DNA of 64,000 nt from Coniocarpon cinnabarinum (GCA_051942205.1 JAVECO010000009.1:62001-126000), one strand, 5' to 3'; positions 48,679-62,118 are shown, numbered from the stretch's first letter. Numbers and translations: made by a program. The notes: generated from the letters alone by a model not told the origin.

Positions 48679-48960
48679 GGCGACCTACAGTAGAGGCATT
48701 GCAATAACAGAAATATGTCAGGAAGCATTAGCATTTGGACGCCTCTATCATCGAGGCGCCTCGGCACATGCAGAGTGCACGGACGCACTGAGTGTCGCGT
48801 GTTTCAGGCTTTTGATCGTCACAGAATCTTGGCACTACCCATTGCCCTGTGGCTCTCCTCTCTTATGTAGGTAGACACGCATACTGTCGCTGTTGGTCAG
48901 TTGAAAGTGGCTCTGCCTTCGTCATAACGACCTTGGTACACGACCTGGGGCTCTCCCGGC

Positions 48961-50336
48961 ATGGCCAGCCAGGGAGACCCCGCCATCGAACCTGAATTCG
49001 ACACGTTCAGCAGGATCCTCCCTCTCCCTTTCCGCGTCGCAACCATCATTGTCCTTGGGGTGTGGGCATGGGGATTGAACCTCCAGTATCTGCGATTCCT
49101 AGGCATCGTACGTTCTCTCGGCTCTGGCCTCTTAGTCCCGATAGATACATGTATAGCTGACTGAGTCCACAGGACGTTCCAGCTCTGATTCGCTATCCTG
49201 CACGTTCTTCGCCCTTGGAACCACCTCATCACTTCTCAACCTACCGCCTTGCGACGCTGCTCACTTTGCCCCTCGCATTCTTTCTCCTTCTCTTCTGGCT
49301 CGTCACGCACGCATCGCGGACGCTGGTGCCGCAATGGGAGATCCTGCCCAACCTCTATCTCCTCGTCCTGTTGGGCTCCTTCCTCTTGCCATTGCGCGCG
49401 CTTTCGCAAAATGGTCGTTATCGCTTTCTGCATATAATGCGGAGGATATCAGTCGGTGGGCTGGCCCAGCCGGCAGATGGGAAGTTCGGTGACATCCTGT
49501 TGGCGGATGTGTTAACCAGCTACAGCAAGGTGCTTGGAGATCTTTTCGTGGCGCTTTGCATGATGTTGAACAGGCAGCACAGCACGTCACGGCCGAATCG
49601 AGGGTGTGGTGGGCAGTACATCGTCCCGTTCCTGATCAGCGTGCCCTTTTTGATACGGCTACGGCAATGTCTAATCGAATACGTACGGGTGCGGCGCGGC
49701 ATCCAAACGGGGGAATTGGACGAGCGCACAGCAGGATGGGGAGGACAGCACCTCGCCAACGCCCTGAAATACTCCACAGCGTTTCCGGTCACCATATTGA
49801 GTGCACTCCAACGCGGTGATCAAAGTCATATGGGCCTCGGCGGGACTGGGCTTTTCCGACTGTGGATGCTTGCGGTATTCGTCAATTCGTTTTACAGCTT
49901 CTACTGGGACGTGGCGAAGGATTGGGATCTCTCGCTTTTCGACGCACTCTGGGACAGCCTACACCACTCGACGTACGCCAGTCGCAAGGAGTACATGAAC
50001 GGCTCTTCATCGCCGACACGGTATTCACTCGTATCTGGCGACTACCCGTATGGCCTGAGGCGAAACAGGTACATGCATTCGCCCAACGTGTATTATGTGG
50101 TCATTGGCATGGACTTGATGCTGCGCTGTACGTGGAGTCTCAAGTTGAGTCCTCACCTAGACCATTTCAATGATCTGGAGGGCGGGATCTTTGTGATGCA
50201 ACTGCTGGAGGTATTCAGACGATGGATGTGGATGTTCTTTCGAATTGAAACTGAGTGGGTGCGTGGGCTCAAGGGACCGGCGATGGACGACGTGCCTTTG
50301 GGAAATTTGGATAGCAGAAAGTTGGACGAAGACTAA
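48961..50336 (+). CDS. ERD1: EXS-family protein, ER retention defective 1, 2 exons
   Basis: LPLPFRV...WAWGLNL; intron 49108-49172; FGDILLADVLTSYSK, IRLRQC, HLANALKYS, YSFYWDV..DWDL, LEVFRRWMW.FFR.E.EW. Confidence 0.9.
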
Positions 50337-50865
50337 AATTGGCTCTCCATGCCTGATTGAGCCCGGACGCATAACGTTCTCGTCACCGCGTTGTGTGAAT
50401 AACCCAGGCTTCTCGCGTCTCATGTCACTAGACAAAGAGTCCCATGGCGCCCTGATAGCGCCCAATGGCAGAGCTTCAGCTCCCCAGAAAATAGGGGGTT
50501 GATCGGCAAAAAGCCAGTTACATCCCAGCGGGCTCGGGGCTACTTTGGGGCTGCAGGGGTCGCGCAAGACTCATTGTACGGAGTAGAATCCAATGTGCGT
50601 CATCAAAGGCCGTTCGAACCACTAAGCATGACCAATTTTGTATTCAAACAACATTCAGTGGCAGTGCAGCAGGCTGACTTGGGAGAGCGAGCTTGGAATT
50701 GTCCTGATCCTCTACCGGCATCATAGGATCTCCCGCTTTGGGGGAGAACGCTCTCGCTTCTGCTTTGAAATCCAATTCATAAAAAGCTATTGAAACGTTT
50801 GCAACTAACATTTCGAGAAGAGTTGAAGCGCTTCTCCACACCATCGCTACCGATTAACATAGAGA

Positions 50866-53334
50866 ATGGATAGCTCGACGAGTCTACCTGCCGCATCAAC
50901 GAGCACACAGCGTCCTCCGCGCCCACAATTTCAACGCGGCCGTGGTCGTGGTGGGGCACCTCGTGGGCGAGGCGAAAGACAACGAGGACGTGGAGGGGGT
51001 TCTAGAGGCGATGGGCGACAACAGCACGGCCAGGAGCATGAGTTTGCCAAACCTGAGAATGGCGAGAATGGCACGAGCAAGCCGCCTTTGCTCTCCCCAC
51101 GCATCCAGCCTCAGCAGCCAACCGGGACCCAGCAAGATGGAGAGACCGCGGTAGACGAGCAAGAGGCGGAAGTCTGCTTCATCTGTGCGTCTCCAGTCAC
51201 ACATCAGTCTGTGGCGCCGTGTAATCACCGCACATGTCACATATGCTCCCTTCGGCTTCGGGTTCTGTACAAAACCAACGCTTGCGCACATTGTCGAACG
51301 GAGTCGCCTTACGTGATATTCACAGATGAGCCGGAAAAGAGATATGAGGACTTCACAACCGATGACTTTCAAAAGTCTGATGACACACTCGGCATCAAAT
51401 ATGAGAAGAATGACATATACGAAGACACTGTCTTGTTGCTCCGGTACAACTGTCCTGAACCGACCTGTGATGTGGCTTGCTTCGGCTGGCCAGATCTCCA
51501 TCGCCATGTCAAGACACAGCATCAGAAGGTGATGTGCGACCTCTGCACACGCAACAAAAAAGTCTTCACGCACGAGCACGAGCTGTTCACTGGCAACTCC
51601 CTCCGCAAGCACGAACGCTACGGCGACGACAATCCTGGCGCGGTCGACCAGTCTGGCTTCAAAGGCCACCCTGAATGCGGCTTCTGTCGACAGCGCTTCT
51701 ACGGTGACGACGAGCTCTACGCGCACTGCCGCGACCGCCATGAGCGTTGCCATATCTGCGACCGGCAAAGCCAGCCGGGCAGCCGACATCAGCAATACTA
51801 CCTCGACTACAACGCGCTTGAGATACACTTCAGCAAAGACCATTATCTCTGTCCGGACAAGGAGTGCCTCGAGAAGAAGTTTGTCGTCTTTGAAAGCGAG
51901 ATGGACCTCAAGGGCCATCAGCTGGAAGCTCATCCCAATGGCCTTACCAAAGATGCTCGTCGCGATGCCCGCCGCGTCGACATGTCCGGCTTCGACTATC
52001 GCAATTCTCACCAGCAGGACCAACGCACCAACCGCCGCGAAGGCAGAGGTCGCGGACGTGGTCGAGATCCCAACGCAAACGACAATGCTCCTCTTCCCAG
52101 CAGCTCCGCGCAGCCTCTCCGCCGCGACCAAATCGCCTACCAGCGCCAGCTCGCCATTCATTCCGCCCAGCACGTCAGCACCCGTAATTTTGGCGGACAG
52201 CTAACCCGCAACGACGCCGTGGCCGCTCGTCTCGATCCTAATACCAGCGCGCCAGCCACGGTCACCGCTCCTCGAGAAGGCAGCCATACCTCTCCTCTCC
52301 CCTCTCAATCCCAACCCTCCACGACCCCCGCCTCGTCTCTACCCAACATCTCCTCTCTCGACCTCTCCTCCTCTGCACCGCCAGCCAATACCGCCCATCT
52401 CACGCCCGCCGAACGTGCCCGCCTCCTCCGCCATGCCGCACTCACGGAACGCGCCGCCAATCTCCTGGGTCATTCCGAGCCCAAACTCTCCACTTTCCGC
52501 TCCCGCATCAGCGCATACAAAACAGGCGCCATCACCGCACAAGGTCTCATCGACGCGTTCTTCGCCCTCTTCGAATGTCCCACCGCTGACCTAGGCACAC
52601 TCATCAAAGAACTAGCAGACGCCTTCGAAGTCCCCGGCAAAGCCGACGACCTCCGTCGAGCGTGGAACGACTGGCGCGCGATCAACGAAGATTACCCCTC
52701 CCTCCCTGGCTCTGGGGTCGCTGGAAACAACATGAGTGCGGCGGGCGGGAAGCGGATTCTGAAGCTGAAAAGCAGCACCGCGCAGTCGTCGCGCTCGGCA
52801 GTCGGTCGTTCAGGCAGCTGGGGCAGCGGGGCGGGCTTTCCGGCGCTGCCGAAGGGGACGAACACGACGAGGAGTAAACCGGCGTGGTTGCCTATGAATC
52901 CGGTGCCGTCTTCTGAAGCGCGGGGGAGTGCGCAGGTGAAGACGCCGGTGTCGCCCGCTCCGAGGAGGGCTCCTGCTGGTGGAGGAGCTGCTGGTGGTGG
53001 TGGTGGTGGCAGTGGTAGTATTGGTAGTGGAAGAACAGCAGGACCAGGATCCGACGCGTTTCCTGCACTTCCAGCGGCGCAGAAACCAGGTATGAATATT
53101 TCACGACCGGGCTACGCTGGCTCACCCGTTAAGCGCGAGGGGCCAGGCGTTGGAATGAGAGCGTGGGGTCCTGGCAGTGGTTTTGCATCTGGCGCTGCTA
53201 CTGCACCCAACGGCAGTGGAGGAGATGGTGGTGGTGGCGGAACTGGAAGCGCTGCGGCATTGGATGGAGGTTTTGAAGAGGCGAGCAAGAAGGGGAAGGG
53301 GAAGAAGAAGCAGACGTTGATTCATTGGGGATAG
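50866..53334 (+). CDS. HEL2: Ribosome quality-control E3 ligase (ZNF598/Hel2)
   Basis: RING CFICA...PCNHRTCHICSLRLRVLY....CAHCR, C2H2 repeats, GFKGHPECGFC, FPALP motifs. Confidence 0.93.
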   Translation: MDSSTSLPAASTSTQRPPRPQFQRGRGRGGAPRGRGERQRGRGGGSRGDGRQQHGQEHEFAKPENGENGTSKPPLLSPRIQPQQPTGTQQDGETAVDEQEAEVCFICASPVTHQSVAPCNHRTCHICSLRLRVLYKTNACAHCRTESPYVIFTDEPEKRYEDFTTDDFQKSDDTLGIKYEKNDIYEDTVLLLRYNCPEPTCDVACFGWPDLHRHVKTQHQKVMCDLCTRNKKVFTHEHELFTGNSLRKHERYGDDNPGAVDQSGFKGHPECGFCRQRFYGDDELYAHCRDRHERCHICDRQSQPGSRHQQYYLDYNALEIHFSKDHYLCPDKECLEKKFVVFESEMDLKGHQLEAHPNGLTKDARRDARRVDMSGFDYRNSHQQDQRTNRREGRGRGRGRDPNANDNAPLPSSSAQPLRRDQIAYQRQLAIHSAQHVSTRNFGGQLTRNDAVAARLDPNTSAPATVTAPREGSHTSPLPSQSQPSTTPASSLPNISSLDLSSSAPPANTAHLTPAERARLLRHAALTERAANLLGHSEPKLSTFRSRISAYKTGAITAQGLIDAFFALFECPTADLGTLIKELADAFEVPGKADDLRRAWNDWRAINEDYPSLPGSGVAGNNMSAAGGKRILKLKSSTAQSSRSAVGRSGSWGSGAGFPALPKGTNTTRSKPAWLPMNPVPSSEARGSAQVKTPVSPAPRRAPAGGGAAGGGGGGSGSIGSGRTAGPGSDAFPALPAAQKPGMNISRPGYAGSPVKREGPGVGMRAWGPGSGFASGAATAPNGSGGDGGGGGTGSAAALDGGFEEASKKGKGKKKQTLIHWG

Positions 53335-54598
53335 ACATGTGGCATTATCATTTCATCTTCTGAGGGGGTCAGAGTACAGATAGGATGGAAAGTTGGATAT
53401 GACATTTGCAAGCCGTGGGGATAATAAGGACTGTGGATGAGTTGTATAAGGTTGTCCATCCACTTGAGACCACGACAGAGAGGATATATCAGTGATACAC
53501 ACCTGTGTACACATCAAGGAGGATCGAGTGCGTGACATAACTTGTGAATCAGCTAATGAAGAACGTAAGAGATGGAGAGCTCGAATGGTCAATAGATTAA
53601 TATATCAATGAAACGATGGAGTAATAGAATAACAAGTCAATGAGCCAAGAACCAGGAGCTCAAGAGCTCAAGAAACCAAAAATCAACAGACCATATGATA
53701 GATGATATATTTTGATACTCCAGCATTATCATAGAGACGTACACAACTTTCACCTACACTCGTCCCAACTATGTACGTCTCCCACACAGTGTACGTCTCC
53801 CACACAGAAACAGTCTGGCTGTGATTTAGATCAGCTTGACCTGCACATCTGATGAACACTTTTACTCGTTTATGTAATGTGTCAAGCGTGATTTCGGGTC
53901 CGTTGGGCTGTTGCAATATGTATGATCGGGACATATGCCACGACATGGATGAGTAGTTCACCAAAGCGTACACGACCAACCCAACGAAACGAAAACAAGA
54001 GTATCGGCATGTGATTATGACGAGACACAACAGCGAGGACAAGACAAGAAAGGCTAGGTGAAGAACTAATTCCAACAGATTTCAACTAATAGTACACAGA
54101 GCGACGGCACGCCCGAAAAGGAATCAAAAAAGACCACAGCATCCCGCACAGCGGTCAGCGTAAGCCCTCGATTCCTTCTCATGAAGAGCAACCCGCATCA
54201 AATCGCTCGAAAAGGCAAGAAACGAACACGACAGCGCCTGCCCGGAGGCCTCTGAGGACACGTATTAGAATAAACGGGATATACTCGTGCAAAGAACAGA
54301 TCTGAAGTTTTCCTCCCCGCCCATTTCGTGATTCTGACATCGTCAAGTTGGTGTGCTTGTTGAAGCTGTGGGAAAAAAACAAAAGCGTCTCTCCTCTCAT
54401 TCCTGCTACCTTGAAGCTAATACCGGTGTACGCCACGAGGTTTGGGTTTGTTCGGTCGACTGGTGAACAAAGTTTACAACGGTGAAGCATAGTGTGCGCT
54501 TTTGACTTTGTGGTCGGCCGGGGTGTGGAGACCCCAGTACATAGGCCGCCAGACGTCGTTGGTTCTCATATCATCATAGCGACATCAGGATGGTAAGC

Positions 54599-56363
54599 CT
54601 AGTGCTGCTCGTCACGCTTGCGCTTGTTACCCTTCTTGGATGAATTGCTCATGGAGTCGGAGAGATCAGATCCAGACGACGCGTCAGAGAGCGGAGCCAT
54701 GACGGTGGCAGCAGTAGACAAGATGACTTGAGTCATGCGCTCACCATCGGAGTCAGAATGGGCCATAGGCACCATGGGCATCTCTGCGCCCATGTGAGGA
54801 GTGTCAATCACCGTCAAAGGGAAGGAACCACTGCCATGGGTACGTTGGTGCTGAGAGAGGTTGTCACTCCTAGAGAATTGCTTTCCGCATTCCTGGCACT
54901 TGAAGGGCTTCTCCTGGGTGTGGAGAGAGCGGTAGTGACGCTTGAGATGTTCCTGGCGGCGGAAGCGACGGTTGCAGAGATGGCAGACAAACGTCTTGGA
55001 TGGGTCTTCGGTCAATGATTGCTTCCGACCACGACGGTTGATGTTGCCGGAGCTGCCGTCGTCGCCATTCATGCTGTTAGCATCATAGTCCTGTTGACCT
55101 TCAGCACCAGTGTCAGCGTCATTGCTCATCTGCTGAGACGAAGCGCCAGACGTCTGACCGGCTGGGTTCATGTCACCGTCCATTGGTTGGCTATCGGCCT
55201 GAGAAACATTCGCGGACATGTCCGAGCAGAATGAGCTCTCCAAGTCAGAAGAGTTCAAGAGCCAAGCAGAGGCAAGATGCTCGTCATCGCTTTCGCTGAA
55301 GGAGTCTTCGCTGAAGAAGCTTTCGTCGTCGTTGGGTAGTTGGCCGAAGTCGGTGCGTTGACGCTTGCTGCCGAGGTACACAGCGTTGTCGGTGGGAGCA
55401 AAGTCAGTGAGAGACACTTGCTCTTCCGTCTCGTTCTCAAAGACTGTCTCAAAGGAGTTCAAGTCACTTGGAAGGAGAAAGTCCGCGGGTGAGACGATCT
55501 TAAGCTCGGATGGGGCTGCCTTGTGCTTCTTTGGCGTCGAGAGCCGGGTAGAGGTCACCTGAGTGGGCAAAATAATGTTGGCAGAGTCGACGCTGAGAGC
55601 ACGAGGGTCACAAAACTCAGAGTCGGCTTCCGACAAAGCAGACTTTGGCAAGGGAGAAGGCGAAGGCGTCAAAGCCGCGTTGAAGGCAGTGTTGAGAGGA
55701 AGGTTAATCGGTTCGGGCTTGAGCGAGGGGTTGACGTAAACTGGCGGTGAATACACGTCAGTGCCACGTTTTTCAAACACGCACCCAAGCATTGAGGTGT
55801 GGACTCAGATGACTTGGGCGTGGAAATCAAAATGTTCATGCCATGATTGAGGAGATGACGTAGAAGGATCTCAGATAAAACTTACTGGGTGTCAGAGGGG
55901 GAGATTGCGACCGGGGAAAGTCGTTCCCGGCAAGGATCTCAGAGAAGACTTCGACTTCGCAACCTTGTTTGACGCCAGGAAGGCTCTCTGGGGTCGGCGA
56001 TGTGCCATTTACCGGTGTCGGCAAAAATCCCACGGATGAGGGAGGGCTGCTGTCAGAGCTGCCACATGCAGAGAGGGCGGGTGTCGCGGGACTGCAGTCG
56101 GTATCCAGCGCGTGAAGCTGGGGCTCTTGCTTCTCAATGAGGATGGTGGGTCGGTGGTGGATGGGCTGTGGAGATGCAACGGGAGTGGGCATGAGATGCT
56201 GATAGATGGGTTGTCCCGGGAAATATGCAGATTGCTGTGAGTAGTATTGAACATTAGAGGGCATCGGCGAGGGCGCCAGAGCAGGTTGGTTGGCGTATTG
56301 CTGTCGCTGCTGCTCAGCGTCGCCTTGAAAGTAGTGGAAAGGCATTTGATAGGTGGCTTCCAT
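54599..56363 (-). CDS. seb1: C2H2 stress-response transcription factor, Seb1/MsnA (Msn2-like), 2 exons
   Basis: [61 protein letters not shown]; intron 55885..55741 (GTAAGT...CTGAC...CAG) joins [20 protein letters not shown] and FCDPRALSV motifs. Confidence 0.9.
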
Positions 56364-59300
56364 TTTTAGCTGGTGTTATTATACTGAGGTGGATGAGGTC
56401 AGCGGTGTTGTGCGGTGTGGAATGCGATTTCCCAATTCGTACCACAACGGGATCGCGTTTGGGGGACGATCGACCGAGATGGCTACCGAGTAGCTATGCG
56501 ATGATTATTTGTGTGAATGTACGACTGCTAATAGAACATCGGACTGAGGCGCCGAAATTAGGTATGTACGTGAATAAAGTGTACAGGCGGTGTTTGGCGT
56601 CTGTGCCGTAGTGAGTTTCTCGAAAGAGTGAATGGGTGCTCGGCTGTGTTGTGTGTCCTCGAGCCGGACGGGAGTATATACGTAGATTTAAAAGAAGGTG
56701 GAGTATGACAACGTCAACAAGTAAACAAAGAAAAGATGAGAAGCGACTGAGATGGTGAGAGTGATGGTTAGCGGAGAAAAAGCAGCAGAGCGAGCGAGTG
56801 AGTGTGCGGAAGAAAGAGGTAATAAAAAAAGACGACGACCAGGCGAGGCGAGACGAGACGAGACGAGAGGGCAGCACAGACCAGCAAGCCGCGTGAGGAC
56901 TTGTGGAGGGAAGCGCACGGGCTGCGTCGCTCGATAAGATGGGGGAGAGGGAGGGTGAGCCCACACACCCACACGCCCACACGCCCACCCATCCACACAC
57001 AGACAACAGACATCCACCATCCGCACCGGGCAGCCCGGCTACGACTCCGCTAACGCTGCAGACACGCAGACTAGAGCGAAAAGCGAAAGGACGCAGGGTG
57101 TGCCGCTGCTGCATTAGTGCCTCGCCGCCGCTCGCCATTCGCCGGCGCTGACCTCGACGCCAGTGACGCCCTCGACGACCTCGGGCTGCAGCTGCATCTC
57201 TCTGCTCGCCACGACTCAGCACTGCCCATCGCCCAGCATCTTCCGCCCAATCCGCGCCCGCCACCCACACACGGCCATGCAACTCGTCCTGCCCCATCCT
57301 CGCACTGTTCCACTGGGCCCTGGAACTTGCTGCCACACCAACTCGAGACATCCCTCGAGCTGTTTGCCTCTGTGGCCAAACTCTGGTCCAGTTGGCGCGA
57401 GACTGAATACGACATCGGATGCGAGCTGATGGGTGACAAGTCGCTCATCTTGCCACATCCCCAGAGAAACAGAAATGAGCCTGATGACGGAGGAACTCGC
57501 AGTGCGCACATCCATTTTCGTCTCAAGGTTTCTGAATCAAGACAGCCAGGGTCGCTCCCATTCGCTGCGGCAGGCAGAATAAAGCGCACAAGCGCCGTTA
57601 GACACGCGTCGATTTGGTGCAAAAGTCTCACGGACCCAAAGCGGTGGTGACACGGCAATCATTTATCGATTGCTGCCGTGTCGCCTCCACGCCTACGTTG
57701 CAAACATTCAGAGCCTTCAGCACACTCAGACAGCTCGAACTTTGTCTTGAGAGCTTTAGAGCTCTACAATCCGCCTGATGTCTAGCGTGAAAGCTTTGAA
57801 TAACCGCTATCAACGTTCGAACCAGCAGCGAAGCGCCAGATACCAGGTCAAACGACCTCCAGAGATGCGCGAGCTGACATCACATGCAAGCACCAACCTA
57901 GCCAATAGCCTGTCATGTTGACTCCACCTGTGTGCTTATATGCAAGATGCCTCCCATTGTACTGCGCATTGCGCGCGACACAGGAGTATGCTGGCGCTTC
58001 CATCTGCTTGCGGACTGCAAGTCGCACATACGCAAAGTGCAGACACGGAGTCCAGGCCGCTTGCTTGTGCTTTCGCCTGGGCGGTTTTCTCTGGTGCTGT
58101 GTATCGCCAAGTTAAATATCTACCAGATTTTTCAAGCATCTAACAAGAGACCAACGACGCCGCACCGGCCGGAGGATCCCGCTGACGTGTTCGCCTGGAT
58201 CAGCATCCTGCAGGACGCTTTAGTATTCCAGCGAGGACGCCAGCTTCGTTCCGAGCCCAATACTCTTCTTCTCGGGTTTGAACTTTTTCAAGGTGACGCC
58301 ACTGTTCTGTACAGAGCCAACCCTGGTCTCTGGAGTCCTCGTATAATCGCTGCTACTATCATCTCAAGTCACGTGTCGCTAGCGATGATCATCATGTCGA
58401 CTCAGATCAGGTGACAGCCGATTCGGACTTGCCACCGGGTGACCAATAGGAAGAGAAGAGTGGCAAGGTAAGATTAAATGAGACCGTTGTTCTGAGAATA
58501 GCGCAATGGATTATTACCGGAGTCGGCGATACTTGCTAAGCAGGGGGTCGATCGATCCACGTACAAGAACCTTATTCTCCAGGCTCCTCTCCTAGCCCGC
58601 CTTGCCGTTAATGCAGGCACGCAGGTACGATGCAGGAACACTCTTGGCTAGGTAGCATTGACGCTTACTGAGAAGTTCCGGCAGCAATGGCTTGTTTCAC
58701 AGCTCAAAACTGACGAGTCGGCACTTTGGCTGTTGCGATTTGGACCTTCCTGCTTTTACCGTAGGCGACGCCGGCCACGACGTCACCACGTCACATCCGC
58801 AGCTCGGCGAGATGTCTGCTAGTCTTCGGCTTCTGACACCAACGTCGCTAGTGTCCATAGTAGGGTTTCTTGGGACCCATCGACGAAACCTGAGACACGT
58901 CACTTTTCATCTTATCGTACGGGGATCCCGCAAGGGCAATCATCCTCCAAGCTAGCTCAGCTCGAAACGATCCGTACATCTCTTGGTGGGTCACATTCAG
59001 TGTTTAGCTTCCACTTGGGCGAAGGCGGAAATGCGTTCAGGTTTCATCTTGAACACGTTGTCCTGGATGCACCGTGGCACTTCTGGGTGGAGCTGCTTTG
59101 ATCCTTCCGAGCTGGCCTATGCTCCAATGGGTGGATCTCAAGAATAGACCCTGAACATTGCAGGCAATCACTACAACGTTCTTGTGCCTTGACTCTCCTT
59201 TCCTGCGACACGACAATGGCGCTGCCGTTTTAGCTGATCTTCGCCGGGAATACGAACAGAAGTCCGCGATGTCCGCCTTCCTTCCTGGCTATGGACTCTT

Positions 59301-59880
59301 GCCCTTCAACTGCATGCCCTTGACACTACAGTCATTATTGCGTCTTGCGTTCGTCAGTCGCTTTCCCCGGGTCGGTAGCAAAGTTAGGAGTGCTAACCGT
59401 TGGCGAAAGCTTCACAAAATAGCATCTTCTCAGTCACGTTCGATCCGGTGAATCTGAAGCACCGAAGCACGCTGCCATGTGCCAGACGCATGTGCTTGCA
59501 TGCATTGTGGAACCTTGCGCAGGGGTCGGCCGGCTTCTTGCATGTGCCGGTCTTGCGGGTGCTCTCGTAGCTCTTCAGTCAGTCTTTCCTTTGCTAACCA
59601 TTCACAACCCATGGTTCTTGCCCTTGTTACGCAAAGGCTGCGGTGTAGACAGCAAGATCGGATGGCTGCCACGCACGAATCTCATTCCCAATTATGCCCG
59701 ATCAACAAATGCGAGGATTCGGCAGGGTTATAGTATTCCAGACGCCTAGCTGCCTGCATTTGGTGTATATACTGTACTTTGATGCACTTTTGATATGGTA
59801 AATTTGTAGCTTCCGAGTGCGTATCGTCTGTCGTGCAATATTCCGAACGTTGCGAGGCCCACCAACGTCAATGACGGACT

Positions 59881-62118
59881 ATGAAAGTTATTGCCCTCAT
59901 CTCCGGGGGCAAAGATTCACTTTTCTCCATCCTGCATTGCACAGCCAATGGACATGATGTCGTTGCCCTTGCGAATTTGTACCCGGCGAGTGATGCTCAT
60001 GGCCAGGAAATATCTCAGCACGGCAACAGCAAATTCACTATAGCTGAAGATGTCGACAGTCATATGTACCAGACGGTCGGCTATCAAGTAGTTGCCTTAT
60101 ATCATGACGCATTGGGACTCCCTCTCTATCGGCAGCAGATCATTGGAGCTGCTTTTCAGAAGGAACAAGAGTATGATTTTGATCCAATGAAGCAGCCAGG
60201 GCAGGATGAGACCGAATCGCTCACCACTTTGCTGAGCGCCGTGAAATCTGCGCACCCGGACGTGGATGCTGTAAGCACTGGGGCGATATTGTCCACCTAT
60301 CAACGCTCCAGAGTCGAGTCTGTAGCTGTACGACTGGACTTGGTGCCGTTAAGCTTCCTCTGGCAATATCCGAATTTGCCACCTGCTGGGCATTCTACGC
60401 TTCTCCGTGATATGGCCGCTGTAGACGTCGATGCCCGTATTATCAAAGTAGCTTCTGGCGGACTAGACCAGCGACATCTGTGGGAGAACGTCGCAGACTC
60501 CCAAACAATTACGAAACTCGAACGGAACATGGGCCGTTTTGGTGAGCTGGAAGTGGGCGCTGTGCTTGGGGAGGGCGGTGAATATGAGACGCTGGCTCTT
60601 GATGGCCCACCGCCACTGTGGAAAAAAAGAATCGAGATTGACGTGAATGACGATAGCTTATCGGTGGGAGAAAGCGGTGTGGCGCTCGCTAGACTCGGAC
60701 ACGCGGCACTGAAAGACAAAGCATTTCAAAAGGCGTCGCACCCAAGAATACCAGATCTTCTCGATGAGCAGTGGGGTACAGTGCTTGATCAATGCGAATA
60801 CCGGAGGCGGCAGAGTGCTTCAAACATACAGGAAGAGGCCTCTTTGCAGGCCATCACTCAAAACATCCCTCAAGAGCATGTATATGAGACATTGCAGTGC
60901 GTACATCTGGTGAACGTAAGTGCACAGAGTTGTGAAGGCATTGACGAGCAAACTCGGGAGGTTTGTTCACGCATGGCCACACTGCTGTTACGGTTCTCGT
61001 TATCGCCAGATGATTTGGCGTTTGTCACCATTCTGCTACGCTCCATGCAAGACTTTTCTATGTTGAATGCTACGTACAAGCACATCTTCAAGAAGCCAAC
61101 CCCGCCTGCTCGTGTTACAATATCATGCGGTGACAAGCTTCCCCAAGGCATTCACATCATGCTGTCAGCGGTAGCTTACAAAGGTCCACGCCATCATCGT
61201 CGAGGTCTACATGTCCAATCACAATCTTACTGGGCGCCGGCTAATATTGGTCCCTACTCTCAAGCTGTTTCATTGCCCTTGTCAGTACCTGAAGAATTTC
61301 CACACGAATCCAGACTTGTCTACGTGTCGGGACAAATACCGCTGGTCCCAGCAAGCATGCAGATGGTCAAGGGACAGTTCAAGATGCATGCCGTACTGGC
61401 TTTGCAACATCTCTGGCGTGTCGGTCGTGCTATGAAAGTCCAGTGGTGGGTCAGTGGGCTAGCATTCATCATAGCCTCCACGGCGGATAAAGCTCGTGAA
61501 CGTGCTGCCGAGGCGATTGAAGCATGGAAACTTGCAACAGAACGTCGCACTGAAACAGATGATGACGAAGAGGAAGACGAAAGCTTTGACGTTGGTGATG
61601 CGATGCTGAGGACACCTTGGATGCAGCCAATTCGAACGAAAGCGAAAAGCATCCTGTCTCCCCTCCCCGACTGGTCACGAGTTAGCAACAGCGTGCCAGA
61701 TACATGCTCAACACCGGCGTATGCAGTGCAAGTCGCAGAGTTGCCAAGGGGAGCAACCGTTGAATGGTCCGCCATTGGGCTGAACTTTGGCATTGGGGGA
61801 AATGGTGTCTCTGCGTTGCAGAACAAATTTGAGTATGTACTGTCAGACACAGCTTCTGGAGCATGCTGGAGCTCTCACATCGCCAAAGATCTTCACGACA
61901 TCAACGAGGCTTTGAAGGCAGCAGAGGAGAGGTTGAAGACGGGTTCAGTTGAATTGCTAGAAGCCTACGTGAAGATGCCACTGTCGCCCCCATTAGATCA
62001 TTGGCTGAGAGCCCATCGGGCGCAGATCACACCATGCCATCATCTTTGGGACGAGACAGGCGAGATCAGTCTTCTCATGCGGTGTCACTATTACATTATC
62101 AAAGCCTCTGCCAGCTGA
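59881..62118 (+). CDS. DPH6: Diphthine--ammonia ligase with C-terminal RidA/YjgF-like domains
   Basis: VIALISGGKDS, DSHMYQTVG, GAILSTYQRSRVE, GEGGEYET, LHVQSQSYWAPANIGPYSQ, SGQIPL. Confidence 0.95.
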   Translation: MKVIALISGGKDSLFSILHCTANGHDVVALANLYPASDAHGQEISQHGNSKFTIAEDVDSHMYQTVGYQVVALYHDALGLPLYRQQIIGAAFQKEQEYDFDPMKQPGQDETESLTTLLSAVKSAHPDVDAVSTGAILSTYQRSRVESVAVRLDLVPLSFLWQYPNLPPAGHSTLLRDMAAVDVDARIIKVASGGLDQRHLWENVADSQTITKLERNMGRFGELEVGAVLGEGGEYETLALDGPPPLWKKRIEIDVNDDSLSVGESGVALARLGHAALKDKAFQKASHPRIPDLLDEQWGTVLDQCEYRRRQSASNIQEEASLQAITQNIPQEHVYETLQCVHLVNVSAQSCEGIDEQTREVCSRMATLLLRFSLSPDDLAFVTILLRSMQDFSMLNATYKHIFKKPTPPARVTISCGDKLPQGIHIMLSAVAYKGPRHHRRGLHVQSQSYWAPANIGPYSQAVSLPLSVPEEFPHESRLVYVSGQIPLVPASMQMVKGQFKMHAVLALQHLWRVGRAMKVQWWVSGLAFIIASTADKARERAAEAIEAWKLATERRTETDDDEEEDESFDVGDAMLRTPWMQPIRTKAKSILSPLPDWSRVSNSVPDTCSTPAYAVQVAELPRGATVEWSAIGLNFGIGGNGVSALQNKFEYVLSDTASGACWSSHIAKDLHDINEALKAAEERLKTGSVELLEAYVKMPLSPPLDHWLRAHRAQITPCHHLWDETGEISLLMRCHYYIIKASAS

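Noticed and set aside
50896..52173. 425-aa antisense ORF (likewise 22623-23306 and 43944-44549)
   Set aside because: Shadow ORFs opposite codon-biased conserved genes (HEL2, RCY1, synaptojanin-like)
56494..57658. Overlapping 177-285 aa ORFs upstream of seb1
   Set aside because: Low-complexity GC-rich promoter/leader sequence with no recognisable domain
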